Notes: a model not told the origin generated them from the letters alone. DNA of 63,805 bases, filler included, from Chiloscyllium plagiosum (GCF_004010195.1; 5 parts of one record of this genome joined end to end with filler, not necessarily neighbours in it), one strand, 5' to 3'. Counted from the whole stretch's first letter, positions 1 through 12,770 are shown. Made by a program: numbers and translations.

Positions 1-129
1 TTCTCCTCCCTACCCCCCCCTTTCTCCTCATGGTGACTTCTGAGCTGCTGCAATCACTCACACCGACTGAAAGAAGAAACAATGGAACAACAGCTCACCC
101 TCCTCACCCCAGCTCCTGATCCCTGCTCT

Positions 130-480
130 CCCTGCGTTCCCATTCAGTGATTTCCCTGGTGCTAATTGACCTACATTGGCTCCTGGTTTAGCAATATGTT
201 GTGTTCTCATATTACTTTACAAGTCCCTCCAATCACTCTATTGCTGTAACTTCTTCCAGCTCTGCTACAACTCTCTGTGCTCATCCAATTTTATCCAAAT
301 CCTCTATTGTAAGCACTCCACCATTTGTAGTCGTGTGTTCAACCCCCTAGATCATAGTGTCTGGAATTCTCTTCCTAAATCACATCATCTTTGTACTTCT
401 CCTTCTTTAAGGTTGTCCTTAAAACTGACCAAGCTTTGAGCAAGCTTTTGGTCTTCTGTCCTAATATAGTGCTACATTTT
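130..480 (+). mobile_element. Decayed L2-clade LINE 3' end
   Basis: Degenerate L2 C-terminal motifs (ctacattggctcc = LHWL; gtctggaattctcttcct = VWNSLP) followed by a 3' UTR-like stretch. Confidence 0.55.
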
Positions 481-529
481 GTTAGTTAATGCTCCTGGTA
501 ATTTCTAAAGATGCTAAATTAATGTGGTA

Positions 530-790
530 CATGAGGTGTAGTCACTGTTCTGTAGGCATACAGCAGCCAATTTGCATTCAAAACAATCTCAGGAATAGAA
601 TAAATGAGGAACTGAAAACGAGGTATAATCACATATTAATGATGCTGATTAAGAAAGGGGTGTTGCCTGGACTCTATGAAGTTTCACTGCTTTTCTTCAG
701 CTGGCATCAAACAATTGTTTGCATCCACAGCTGAATAGGGCTTTAGCCTGATCAAAATGATACATCCCTCTCCTCCTTTAAGACATGGCT
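530..790 (-). mobile_element. Deu-domain SINE (SacSINE1-like) fragment
   Basis: gtagtcactgttctgtaggcatacagcagccaatttgc resembles the reverse complement of the Deu-SINE core also seen at 36400-36790. Confidence 0.5.
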
Positions 791-980
791 TAAAATTCAC
801 AACTTTACTCAAATATTTGTTCATTTTCTTCCTTAGGCTTAGTGTCCATTTTATCTTTGTGCCTCTGTGAATCACATTGGGATGTTTTTGCGATGTTAAA
901 GGAGCTATGAAAATATAAGTTATTGTTGTGTAAATCCAACTTCATCTAATATATATTCAATTTTTCTTTTAATATTCCAG

Positions 981-1033
981 GATTTAGTCACGATAAGCAC
1001 ACAAGACCCAAAAAATAATAACTTGGCCAATGG
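981..1033 (+). CDS. Internal (probably penultimate) coding exon of an unidentified host gene; DLVTISTQDPKNNNLAN(G)
   Basis: Acceptor tttttcttttaatattccag (961-980), donor gtaagc at 1034, only one open frame, and its phase-2 end fits exon 6077-6179. Confidence 0.65.
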
Positions 1034-1078
1034 GTAAGCCCTATTTGAACAGCCTGTTTGTTACACTTTTGTGGGATT

Positions 1079-1251
1079 TTGGAACATTAACTATCTTCTT
1101 ATTCAATTGTCTCTTATCCATAGGGTTCTCTTCAACTCTATTATCTTAGTAAATATATTAATAGTTCTTGGAACACTAACTATCTTCTTGCTCAAATGCC
1201 TCTTATCCATCGGGTTGTCTCCACATTGATTATCTTAGTCATTGTTAATAG
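1079..1251. repeat. Diverged tandem duplication of an ~85-bp intronic unit (1079-1164, 1168-1251)
   Basis: Both units read ttggaaca.taactatcttctt..tcaa.tg.ctcttatccat.gggtt.tct...attatcttagt...ttaatag. Confidence 0.85.
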
Positions 1252-1789
1252 CAAGTACAACATTCGCCATCACTATTAACGGTAAGTGCAATAATGACTA
1301 TTACAAGAATTTTGTAGCTCTACAGACGTTTTATTTTGAAAAGTCAGAAAACCTTGACAGCATTGTCTACTTGGCCACAATTACAGATCTGCTTTTAAAA
1401 ATTCCAAAATACAAACTAATGACCCGAATTTTAACACTGGCTGAAATTTAGCACAGTGCTGCTTTCTCAGTAATTTTTAAGACAGAGCAAAACACTTACC
1501 AGCAAGGAGTGGAAATCACATCACATAAAGCTATACGACATGACTGTATCCTGTTGTGATTTGAATTGTAATACTTCTCTAATAGTGGATGATGTAGTAT
1601 TTAATAATGTGCTCGATAACAAGCTGATTGTAGCAATTCCCAAAGGGAACATGTAACATGTGAAAGTTGGTATAACTTGCAATTAAAATAAGATTGCATG
1701 TTTTGTGAGGTACTTCATGAAGTAACATTACATGTTTAGAGACACTTGTCTCATTGGGATAATGAATAATTTATGTCAGTCTTCAAGAT

Positions 1790-3060
1790 GGAAATGACAA
1801 TGCAGGGTAAACATTAGAAAGTGGGACTGTGAAATATTAGAAGAAGTTAACGTGGAGAAAGGAGGTACTGGTAGGTTTAACAATCTTAAAAGTAGATAAA
1901 TCTGCAGGCCTGATTGAGACGTATCCCAAGCTGTCGAGGGAATCAAGATTAAAGATATCAAAGACCCTGGCAGAAATTTTCAAATCTGCTCTGGTCACAG
2001 TTGAGGTACCAGAGGACTGGTAACGTTATCCTATTACCAAAAAAGGAAGTAAGGGATTAAGCAGAAGTTTACAATCCAGTCAGTTTAACCTTGGTGGTGG
2101 AGACATTATTAGAAAGAATTCTGAGGAATAAAATATATTGCACCTGGAGAGTAATCAGCATGGATTTGTTAAGGGAAGTTGGTGTTTGACAAATTTGATC
2201 AAATGTTTTGAGAAGATAATCAGGAGCATGAATGAAGATAATACATTTGATGTGGTCTACATGCAATTCTGGTCACCACATTACAGGAAGAATATGATTG
2301 CACAGGAGAGGTTGCAGGGGAGATTTAATTGGATGCTGGAATAAAGAGAAAATACAGCAGATGCTAGAAATCTGAACCAAACACAGAGAATGCCAGAAAA
2401 ATTCAGCAGGTCTGGCAGCACCTGCAGGGAGAGAAATAGAGGTAACATTTCAAGTCTGGTATTACTCTTCAGAACTGAAGAAGAGTTATACAGGGCTTGA
2501 AAGCTTAACTCTGCATCTCTCTCCACAGATATTGTCATGCCTGCTAAGTTTGTCAGGTTACTGCCTGGGCTGAAGGATCTGAGCTTTGAGGAAAGATTAG
2601 ATCAGCTGGGATGGCTTTTCTCAGAGCAACAGACAACGAGAGGGGTCCCGATAAAAATATAAAAGATTACGAGGGCCATAGACAGAGTATACAGAAAGGC
2701 TTTTTTTCCTTAGTAAAGGGATTAATCACAAGTGGGTGTAGATTTAAGATAAGGTAGAAGGTGAAGGGGAGAGCTGAGGAGAATATTTTTCACCCAGATG
2801 GAGTGGGACCCTACACACAGTATTAAAACTTGTGTTGCTATTGCCTCCAGGATTGTGGGCCAAAAGCTAGAGAGTAAGTGTGTGGTCAATAGCAATCGCA
2901 ACATTAAAGAGAAATCTTGACAGATATATGAACAGGCAAGGAATAGAGGGATACAGACAACAGAGAGGTAAAAAGTTTTTAGTTTAGAGAGGCATCATGT
3001 GTCGGTGCTGTTTTGGTGGGCCGAAGGGCCTGTTTCTGTGCTGTACTCTTCTTTGTTTTG
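1790..3060 (+). mobile_element. CR1 LINE ORF2/3' fragment, internally deleted and interrupted by a PLE
   Basis: Peptide NQHGFVKGSWCLTNLIKCFE...DVVYM joined to QFWSPHYRK; 3' tail gggccgaagggcctgtttctgtgctgta. Confidence 0.85.
2343..2556. mobile_element. Penelope-like terminal repeat, family C, inverted (hairpin) copy
   Basis: Arm cagcaggtctggcagcacctgcagggagagaaatagag pairs with ctctgcatctctctccacagat; centre ttcagaactgaagaag. Related pieces near 4310, 5880, 28220, 35350 and 46780. Confidence 0.6.
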
Positions 3061-4389
3061 AGTCAGATCTTGATCGAACAGCAGGAGCACAGTGGGCTGA
3101 ATGGGTTTCTTCAGTGCTGTGGCCATCTGTGAGTCTATATGGTAAAAAGTTGAGGTAGCTATCCTTGGGACACTACATTTTCATCATGTCAATAAGAGGA
3201 TGATGCTTTATTCCTGTTCTCTGACTCGTAACTCCCATCACAATTCATTGGCCAATTCACAAGGTTACTCCCAAATCCTGCAATCATATATTTTCTCACT
3301 GTTTGTCAATGTAGAAAATTAACACATGCCTTCACTCACCTAATTCTCAGGAGTGACCTCCTCAGAGATTGAAATTAGTCAGACTTACTCTTCACACACA
3401 CCTGCTGACCATCTTTGATCAACTAAAACCTAACCAAACGCCCATCCATTCTATCGCTGATAATTGATTCAATGACTTTTCCACAGTTGATGTAAAATTG
3501 GCAGCTCTGCATTTACCTGCTTTTTCCCCCTTCCTTTCTTCCTAAATAAGAGTGCAATATTTCAATCAAAATGTATAGTTCCTGAATTTAGACAGCTTTG
3601 GAAAATTGTAGTTAATTTGTCTATAATTTCTGCGTGGTGTAGAAAACAACAGATACCGAAGAGTTTCCCTGACCACATTCTTGCGAGAGTTCTGAGGACC
3701 TGTATCCCAAAATGAACTCTTCCTTACAGCCAAGCTGTTCAGTATTATTCCACCATTTTGATTGAAACTGTATCATTATTACTTTACTACAACTGAGTCC
3801 AAATCCTGGAACTTCCTACTAGCACTGTCAATGTACCTATAGCCCCAGAACTTTATTTTGAATTTATACATTCATGGGATGCAGACCAGCATTTATTTCC
3901 CTAATTCCTAGAGGGCAGTTAAGTATCATTCACATTGCTGTGCATCTGAAGTCAGATGTCAGCCAAACCAGGTAAGGGAAGTCTATGGGGCATTAGTGAG
4001 CCAGCTGCATATTTACGATTATCAACACTGGTTGCATGATTGCCATTCTGGTAGCTTTTTTATTTCAGATTTTACTTTACTGAATTAAAATTTCACTATC
4101 TGTCCAAGTGGGCTTCAAACTCACGCCCCTGAGAACATTAGCCTGGAGTTCTGAAATTTAAACACGAGTCCCCAGTCCCCAAACCTAGTTCTCTGGGTTA
4201 CGAGAACTATGGCTACAAAATTTGCTAAGTGTGTAAACCTACCCATGAGCACGTTGGACAGCAAATTAAAATATTGTGCCATTCAAGACATTATTTTAAG
4301 CCAAATAAAATGTGCTGAAAATAAACTGAGCAGGTTTGGCAACATCTGTGGAGACAGGAATACAGCTTGTTGTCAAATATGATATTTGA

Positions 4390-4845
4390 TTCCGCGGACA
4401 CCAGGACTAACATAGGAGGAGAGATTGACTAAGTTAGGATTGTTTTCACTGGAGTTCAGATGAATGAAGGGGAGGGGAATCTCATACAGACATAAAATTC
4501 CAGCAGGACTAGACAAGGTGGTTGCAGGGAGGATGTTCCCGATGGTGAGTGTGTCCAGAACCAGGGGTCACAATCTAAGGATTCAGGGTAGACCACTTCG
4601 GACAGAAACGAGGAGTCATTTCTTCACCCAATCAGTGGCAAGCCTGTGGAATTCATTACCACAGGAAGTAGTTGATGCTAAAACATTGAATGTACTCAAG
4701 AGGCAGCTAGATATAGTTCTTGGGGTGAATGGGATCAAAGGTTATGGGGAGAAAGCAGGATCAGCCATGATCGTGATGAATGGCAGAGCAGGCTTGAAGG
4801 GCCGAATGGCCTCCTCCTATCTTCTATGTTATGTTTCTATGTTTC
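4390..4845 (+). mobile_element. CR1 LINE 3' fragment
   Basis: ORF 4464-4856 carries SRTRGHNLRI...FFTQSVASLWNSLP, the CR1 ORF2 C-terminus; tail ctatgtt repeats. Confidence 0.9.
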
Positions 4846-5050
4846 TTCCTTTCTGAAGGAGAGTCATGTTCAACCCAAATTGTTGGGGATGTTTTTCAGC
4901 TCTTAAAATCGAATAGGTAGCTTACCCACCGGCAACCCACACACCCTGAGCTGTTCCCCCAAATTATGAAGGAGAGATAAAGTATTTGCTGGCTCAATCA
5001 CCCTTAAGCCTCTTGAGACTCTTGAGGTTGCCAGTTTAAGGCTATAAAAT

Positions 5051-5364
5051 GGGCGGCACGGTGGCACAGTGGTTAGCACTGCTGCCTCACAGCGCCTGAG
5101 ACCCGGGTTCAATTCCCGCCTCAGGCGACTGACTGTGTGGAGTTTGCACGTTCTCCCCGTGTCTGCGTGGGTTTCCTCCGGGTGCTCCGGTTTCCTCCCA
5201 CAGTCCAAAGATGTGCAGGGTCAGGTGAATTGGCCATACTAAATTGCCCGTAGTGTTAGGTAAGGGGTAAATGTAGGGGTATGGGTGGGTTTCGCTTCGG
5301 CGGGACGGTGTGGACTTGTTGGGCCGAAGGGCCTGTTTCCAGACTGTAATCTAATCTAATCTAA
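5051..5364 (+). mobile_element. HE1-type tRNA-derived V-SINE, near full length
   Basis: tRNA-like head gggcggcacggtggcacagtggttagcactg, box B ggttcaattcc, V-domain ctgtgtggagtttgcacgttctcccc, CR1-derived tail and (taatc)n end. Confidence 0.92.
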
Positions 5365-6076
5365 TTAAAAAAAAAAAATGCCCTGGTTCCACCTCTGCCA
5401 TCATAATATGATGGGCAGGGACGGACAGAAGTGGTCAGCTGTGACTTTCCAACTTGAGGGAAAAGATGGGAAGGAAAGGTTGGTGTAAATTTTTTAATGG
5501 TGCCCTTTGTCCATTAGAGGCACCCTTCCAAGTTGATACTCCCAGCTTCTCAAACCGAAAGCCTCACCTCAAATTCCCTAAACCTCTAGCAACCTTGATT
5601 TCCCTCCACCCAAAAATCCTGGATTTACTGGCGTCCAGAATTCCTCTGTCAGAGATTCCCTCCCAGTCCCAGCAACAGTCACTACTGCAATCTGGCACTG
5701 CTGGGCCTAACACAGCCAATCAGACTGGCAGCAGCTCTCAAAGGAGTTGCTTTCTGTCCCTAAGGAGACTTTGCTGGTATGTGCCCCATTATACTGTCAC
5801 TGTGTGGCAGCTCTTTATAAACTCAGTGGGCCCAAGACCTACTATCAGTTGTGTCCACTAGACATTTCACTCATTATCTCCATTGCCATCTCCACAGATG
5901 CTGGCAGACCAGCTGAACTCTTCCAGCACTTGATTTGTTTCAGACCTCCAGCATCCAGAGTGATTTGTTTTTCTAAACAAATCTGCTTTTTTCACTTCCT
6001 CGAACTTAATTGCTTAAAAATGTCTTCTGCTGGCCAGCCAGAAACATACTGAGGAATGTGTTCTCTTCTCTTTCAG

Positions 6077-6179
6077 ATTCCACATCAACGGAAAGAACAC
6101 ATCTCAGAACTCAACTCCAATTCTCTATGATTACTTTGAAGAGGAATTAATGGCCAGTATTGTTAAAGAATACAGCTAA
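6077..6179 (+). CDS. Terminal coding exon of the unidentified host gene; (G)FHINGKNTSQNSTPILYDYFEEELMASIVKEYS*
   Basis: Strong acceptor ttctcttctctttcag (6061-6076); in frame with exon 981-1033; TAA at 6177-6179; followed by ~800 nt of AT-rich sequence with no recognisable repeats. Confidence 0.65.
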
Positions 6180-6976
6180 CCACTAGTTAAAATATCAATG
6201 AAATCTGATCCATTAGATAGAATCCATGCATGTTTCCAAAGTGAAAAGGAATTAACATACTTTAATGCAATGCTTATTGTAATATAATTGTTTTGTATAT
6301 ATATTTTGAAAAGAATAAATGATTTATTTAAGGAATACTCACACATTCTCAGATATAACCAATTGCTGACTATCAATTACTATTATTTTGGAAGCTAGAA
6401 TTTCATCAGATTAGTGGACTTACTGTCATTCACTAAAAGCTAGAGGTAGATGTTGAGAAAGTGTTGCCCCTGTTTTGTATGTTTTGCAGTAAAAAGCATT
6501 GAAAATTAGGTACTTCAAATATCAGGGGCATATTTTCATTTGCCAGCTGAATTTGCTGAGGTTATTCGATTCAAAATGAGGTAATAACTATTGGAGAAGT
6601 TTTAAGTTTAAGGACGAAATACTCTTTCATGTTTACTTCTGAATTATTTGCAATCGAACCTAAATTGAGCTTATTATTAGCAAGGCTACTTCAAGTGATG
6701 GAATACAAAATCTTCCTGTTCCTGAGGTGCATGATGACTTTTATTGACCTTTTGATTTCTCTCCAAAGCTATAGTAAATACGAACCTAGAGTGTATTAAT
6801 TTCCTGAACATTTAAACAAAGGTTAACTTGTAGTTATGAAACTGTATCTTTCCCTTTCATCCCTATCCTGTCCCCACACAATTAATTTGTCACCAAGCTC
6901 ATGGAACCCAGCTAGATTTGTTTTATTTTGTAGAAAATCCATTTAAAAATTTCTATTAATCCATTAGTGTTTCTCA

Positions 6977-6986
6977 AATAAATAAA
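6977..6986 (+). terminator. Candidate polyadenylation signal (overlapping AATAAA hexamers)
   Basis: aataaataaa ~800 nt after the stop codon, with a GT-rich stretch near 7050; alternative AATAAA at 6314-6319. Confidence 0.4.
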
Positions 6987-7263
6987 ATGTGGTCCTTTAA
7001 AAGATAATTGAGTAAAAGAAGATTAAAATGTATTCCCTTTCTGAGGTATATTTGTCTGTTTTGTGAATGATCTTCAAAGAAAAGCATTTAAAATAAGAAA
7101 GTGGGGTTTCAAAAGGGTCTCAAAGCTGGTGTCAGTTAAATAGCTGACCGTCATTATTACTTATTCACAGAAAAACTATGTTAACTGCTTACCAAAAACA
7201 TGTTTTATGCATAAATCCAGGGAGAATAAACTGGCTATTGTTTTCTCTGGGTGCACTGTCCTA

Positions 7264-8400
7264 GATTATTGACACATTAGGTTTATAGAAGGACAATGTA
7301 TTAGTGAATCTCTGAAGAGTGAAGCAAAAAAAAGCTCCTTTTTCCCACCTTTACACAAGACTTGCAACTCACTGCTTTTTGCAATCAATGTCTCTGTCTT
7401 TCCAGTCTGCAATGGAGAATAGCAGCAGGCATGAAGGGTCAAATGGTCTGCTCCTTCTCCTAAGTCCTTTGGTCCAATAATATCAGTGAGTCTACAATTC
7501 ATGCTCACATTTCACAGGTAATCAATATTATGTTTACCCAAACAAACAATTTAATCATATTCCCCATGGGCAACCAAAAACAGCAAGATAGAGCTCTGGG
7601 ATTTTCCCAAATGCCAAAGTTCTCATGTGTAGAATCTCATTAACTGCACACACATCTTTCTGTGCAACCCTTCAGACAGGCTCACTGCTTTAATTAATCA
7701 CGAATGCTTTCACTCCATTACTGAGCAACTGATGTGTGATCAGGCAGGCAGACAGACAGGCCTGTTCCTTAAAGCTTACATAATGCACTTACAGTATGCC
7801 TTCGTCCTGCACAGCCTTCACCTAAGCCAACACCCTGGACATACCCTGCATACTTGACTCTTCTCCAATACCTAACTCAGTGAATGAACAGTGAATGGTA
7901 CCATCAGATAAATATATCAGCTAAGTAATCCTAACTGCACAGACCAATAGAGCCCTCAAGTGTTGACTCTGCAGATTGAAGTTTGTCCAATGTATTCTGA
8001 AATTAGATGATAATGGTTCAATATATATATTGCATGACTTATGGAAGTACACGGCAAAGAAGGAGGCCATTGAGCCCATCATGTGTTCTACAGTCAACAA
8101 AGATTTGACTACAGTAATCCCATTTTCCTATGATTATTGATGCATTAGGTTTATAGAAGGACATTATACTAGTGAATTTCTGAAGAATGAAACAGTAGGA
8201 TGCTACTCTTTTTCCACCTTTATACAGTTATATTGCTTCCTACTGCAAGACTTGCAACTCACTGCCTGTTGCAATCAATGTCACAACAACCCTGAATTTC
8301 TTTGCCTGTTTTCTTTCCAGTCTGCAATCCAAACTAACAGCAGGCAGGAAGGGTGAAATGGCCTGCTCCTTCTCCTAAGGCTTAAGGTCCAGTAACATCA
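7264..8400. repeat. Local dispersed duplication: 7264-7485 and 8132-8400
   Basis: Collinear blocks gattattga..cattaggtttatagaaggaca / aagacttgcaactcactgc / ctgctccttctcctaag in both copies, with indels. Confidence 0.9.
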
Positions 8401-8924
8401 TTTTCATAGCCCTGGAGTCTGAGCCACACAATCCTCTTGCAGATGTCATGATCTATCTGTTTTCCCCTCACCGTTCGCTGCTTCAAGGAAAATAACCCCA
8501 CCATATTTAATCTTTCCTCTTAGCTCAGACAGCATCCGAGTAAATTTCCTCTGCAGCTTCTCTAGTCCAATTATAATTGTCCTAATAAATAATGTGCTGA
8601 CCAAAACTGCACCCGGTTGTGTGGCCCAACCAGGTTTTGATACAATGGGCCTCAGTGGCTAGTCCAGTATTTGAAGCCAATCACTAATTGTGCAGAAGGT
8701 AGTTGAGAGTCAATCACATTGCTGATTGTTGTCACATGGAGAACAGAGCAAGTTTGGAAGGCAAATTCCCTTCCCCAAAGAGCTTTAATGGTTTTTACAT
8801 GCCAACCAACAGTGGTTACATAGTTACCATTAGGATTTCTTTATTGAAATTAAATTTCACCATCTGCCACGGTGGGTTTTGAACCTATGTACATAGGGCA
8901 TTAAGTTGGGGTTCTGGATTACTA

Positions 8925-9012
8925 GCTGAAAATGTGTTGCTGGAAAAGCGCAGCAGGTCAGGCAGCATCCAGGGAACAGGAGAATCGACGTTTCGGGCAT
9001 AAGCCCTTCTTC
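8925..9012 (-). mobile_element. Penelope-like terminal fragment, family B, with 14-bp target duplication
   Basis: gctggaaaagcgcagcaggtcaggcagcatccagggaacaggagaatcgacgtttcggg flanked by ttctggattactag on both sides. Confidence 0.8.
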
Positions 9013-10305
9013 TGGATTACTAGTCTAGTGACATTACCACTACACCAGTGCCCCCACAAGATTTCTCGATCCCTTACCTTGTTATCCCTCCTGTAAACTG
9101 AATTACTTTACAGTTTTCCAGATTGAATTCTATTTGTCACTACTGTGTCCAAACACTACTACCATAGTCCAAATTATTAATGTATGCTCCAAACAGCAAG
9201 GCCCAGCATCTGGCTCCATGGAACCACATTGGAAACAAACTTCCAGTGGTAGAAATGTCACATACCATCAGCCACTGCTTCCTGAAACCCAGCACATTTG
9301 GATCCTGTGTGGTACTTTGCCTTAGATCCTATTATGGGCTATTACTTTCTTGACCATTAAGGATCCTATCAAAAGTCTTGCTACAGTTCATGTAGACCAG
9401 ATAAAAAGCATTACCCTCATTAATACCTCTGGTTACCTTCTCATTGCTGATTATACGTGATTAATCCAAGTGTCGAAGCATTGTGTCCCTCAGAATTCTT
9501 TCTATTAACTGACATTGTCCCACCCTCATACAAGGACCTCCACTAAATTGAGGTTGAGAATGCAATCCTGAATCAGAATTCTTTGTCAATGTCTGGCTGA
9601 ATCATTTCTGAACATGGCCTGCATTGAGACTCAAAATTTATACCAGTCCTATCACACATCAGTGAACCATATGTGCCCAAAGACCATCACTGTTATTCAT
9701 ATCACTCAATATTGTATTGCAGGATTAACAGCTTCAGCAAAACAACAAGATTTAATAACTCCACAGTTCCTGTGAGACTGATTTTCAGTAGCTTTAATGA
9801 AGGCCTCTGCAGGTCAGACACAATTCATGTGACTGTCAATCCCAGTCGGAGAGTGGCAGCTTGATCGAGGCTGCTTGACAGCTGTAACAAGTTGCTGGCT
9901 GTCCAGCCCATCTGGTTTTATGGATCCAAGCCAGCCATTTGCTGAGGAGGTGTTGAGGGTGGAGATGCATGTCACCCTGCGATAGTACATCACTTTCTAA
10001 TCCCAATGCACAATTGCTCTTATATCACCATATGGATCAGCATTCCAATGATCTGCGGGAGACCAGATTAGAGGAGATGCATGATAGGGCTGAAAACCCA
10101 ATCCGCTCTATCCACTGTCATCAGAGATCCACTCATATATGACTCTTAAGAAGAGGTATACTTTTTAAGCATGGGTAGTATCAATTAACCATGTTGCAAC
10201 TGATGTTTACAAAAATAAGAAATGCGTTGCAATGTGTTTCTTAGTATCCCTGGGATTTGGAGGAAGAGATTTCAGAATTGGCAGTTTCCTTCTTAAGGAG
10301 TCTTA

Positions 10306-10800
10306 GGGCTGAATGTTATTTTCTTTTGGCTAAATCCAAGTAGGGTATGTTTGTTGGAGGGATTTCTGCCACAAAGGTGGGTTTTGCACTGTATCTTACC
10401 AACTTTGCCATATTAACTATCTATCTCATCCCCGTGGTGCACGTCCATGTCCAATTCCAGTCCCATTTCACCATACGCTGTTCCCAGAACAAACTCAGCC
10501 CTCAGCAGATATTCATTAAAAGACTGGCACCTATTGTGCTCATGCCATCTGTAAAGTGCCTCAGTGCATCTGAACAAGCACTGGCATTCTGAGATTGCCC
10601 TGCTTACACAAGGACGAGTTGTGAAAAGGGGAAGATGGCCCTTTGATTCTTCGACATGGCCCTGGAGGACCTGGTTGAGGGGGGGGTGATTTAAAGGCTG
10701 TAAAATGCCTGATTGTTACAGCATTAGGCATCATGTCATGGCCACAGACAAGGTTCCATGGATGGAGGTCATGCCATTTGGAAGCCAGAGGAACAATGCC
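10306..10800 (+). mobile_element. Probable PIF/Harbinger remnant with fossil Myb/SANT ORF
   Basis: Starts tta|gggctgaat; related copy at ~16637-16775; ~10626-10682 translates KGKMAL*FFDMALEDLVEG, with WMEV downstream. Confidence 0.5.
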
Positions 10801-12770
10801 TATGCAGGGTTACAGATGGTGCTGACACCTTTGGCTCGCCAGCTTTCGCAGCTCCAATAGTGTAGTTGTCAGTGAGTCATTACACAGTGTCTGTGTCTGA
10901 AGGCTGCAAGACAAGGGGTGCGGGGGGAGGTGCAATGCTTCAGAATAGTCTGTGAAAAGGGGCACTGCAGGACTGTGAGCAAAGTTCTTTACCTTTAGAA
11001 GCCCTAACCTCAGTGGGTCAACACCCACTTCTACAATGTGGATTTGCACATTGGTAATGGAGATACTTTGGGACAGGTGGTGAGCTGAAACTGCCAGGTA
11101 GCTGCTCTGGTTTCCACATCTTGTTTTTTTTCCTGACATCTAGATTGTTTAGAGAGGTTGGTAAGATAGGAAGGTGAGGCGAGTTGGGGATTAGCAAGCA
11201 AAAGTCCCCCTTAATTGGCAACTCACTGCAGCCTGGCAAGAAACCCACCACATCATTTATGAGAAGAGTAAAAGATGGAGTGAGATACTCCAGATATTGA
11301 CATCGGCTTTGTCAGATTTCATCTCTGATTCTGCCACATTATTGCCATAGCCCGTGTCACTCAGACAGATTCTGCTGATAGAAATTCAGAAGAAAGTTGT
11401 CACAGAGGGTTAGCTAAAAGCTAATTCCCACATTGTCAATTTATTTCATAAATGCTGTATAACTGGAGACCTGCAAGTTCAAAGCATGAGCATAAATATG
11501 AAACAAAATACATTTGCAACTTGCTTCAATGACTTGGTATTTAATGTACAAATAGTATATTCAACCTTGCTCTGTCAAGCTGGGTCATTAGGGAAGATAT
11601 TGTGAAATGCATATGTTAGTCCCACGCAGTCAGACTTGGACAGGGCTCAATTTTTCTTTAACCTGTTGCGATCACCTTTGTAGATGTTTTCAGAGTGAGC
11701 AGTTGTCCAGGCGGGAGAAGACTGAGAAATGAATGAGCTGAGGGTTGAACGTTTGGAGTGAGCAGGAAGGTGGAATTGAGACCGAGATGAGATCAGCTGT
11801 AATCATATTAATTGGCAGAGCAGACTCAAAGGGTCAATTTGCCTCCTCCTGCTTCAGGCCTTTCTGTTCATAAAATGTGAAATAAAATTATTTAGGCTCT
11901 TCATCAGGAATAGCAAAGGCCTGGGTTGTCTTTCCCAACAAAGTTCAGTGCAATTCTCTGGAAAACATTAGAGATTTTGTTTCCATAATGTTAATAACTT
12001 CAAAGCCAGAGGATTGGGTGGAGTCTGAAATAGAATTCTGTGGTGTGTGGGAAATTGGGATTGCTAGCGACAGAGCCCTATGAGCAGAGTTGACATACGT
12101 TTACACTGATGAGTAGCAGCCAGCTCTACCCCCAGGTTTACATCTCACCACATCTGAAGTGGAGAGACTGAAATTCGACATAATATACAGTCAGAAATTC
12201 AATGGCACATTCATAAGATTAAAATTTCCCATCCACAGCACACAGCTAAGCTTTGAGCACTCAGAGTAACAGCTCCTGGCAGGGATTAAGAGAGTAGTCT
12301 GACAGCACAATGCCTTAAATGGAAGGGGAAGAAATCGGAGAAGAATGCCTCTTTAAAACAGAAAGGAAGGAAGGAGGAAAGTCCCTCAGTGTCACGGATA
12401 GCATAGAAGCAATTTTAATACAATTCAGCAGTTGGAATTAGTTCCAAACACTATTAAGACACACCCATATTGGCATGTATTATTTCAGCAAGAACTGTTC
12501 CAGGGTTCTTTTACCCATTATATACCCATAGGAAAATAATGAAAGGTTGGATTGATCTGCAGGTTGGGTTTTGGCACACCAGTGACGCATTGAAGTTTTT
12601 ATGTGTCATTGGTCAATATTGAGAGATAGATTTTGAATTGCATGCAATGTTCCTGTTTTCATGTCAGCACTTGCTGACTTCCTAAGCTACTTGAACTTCA
12701 TCTAGATTGTTTCTGATTCACTCACTGTGCATGATCTCCTTATAGCAAAAGCACTTAGCCTTCAGAGTAA

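Noticed and set aside
5051..5125. tRNA gene (box A/box B)
   Set aside because: It is the tRNA-derived head of an HE1 SINE, continuing into the V-domain and LINE tail; same for the other copies
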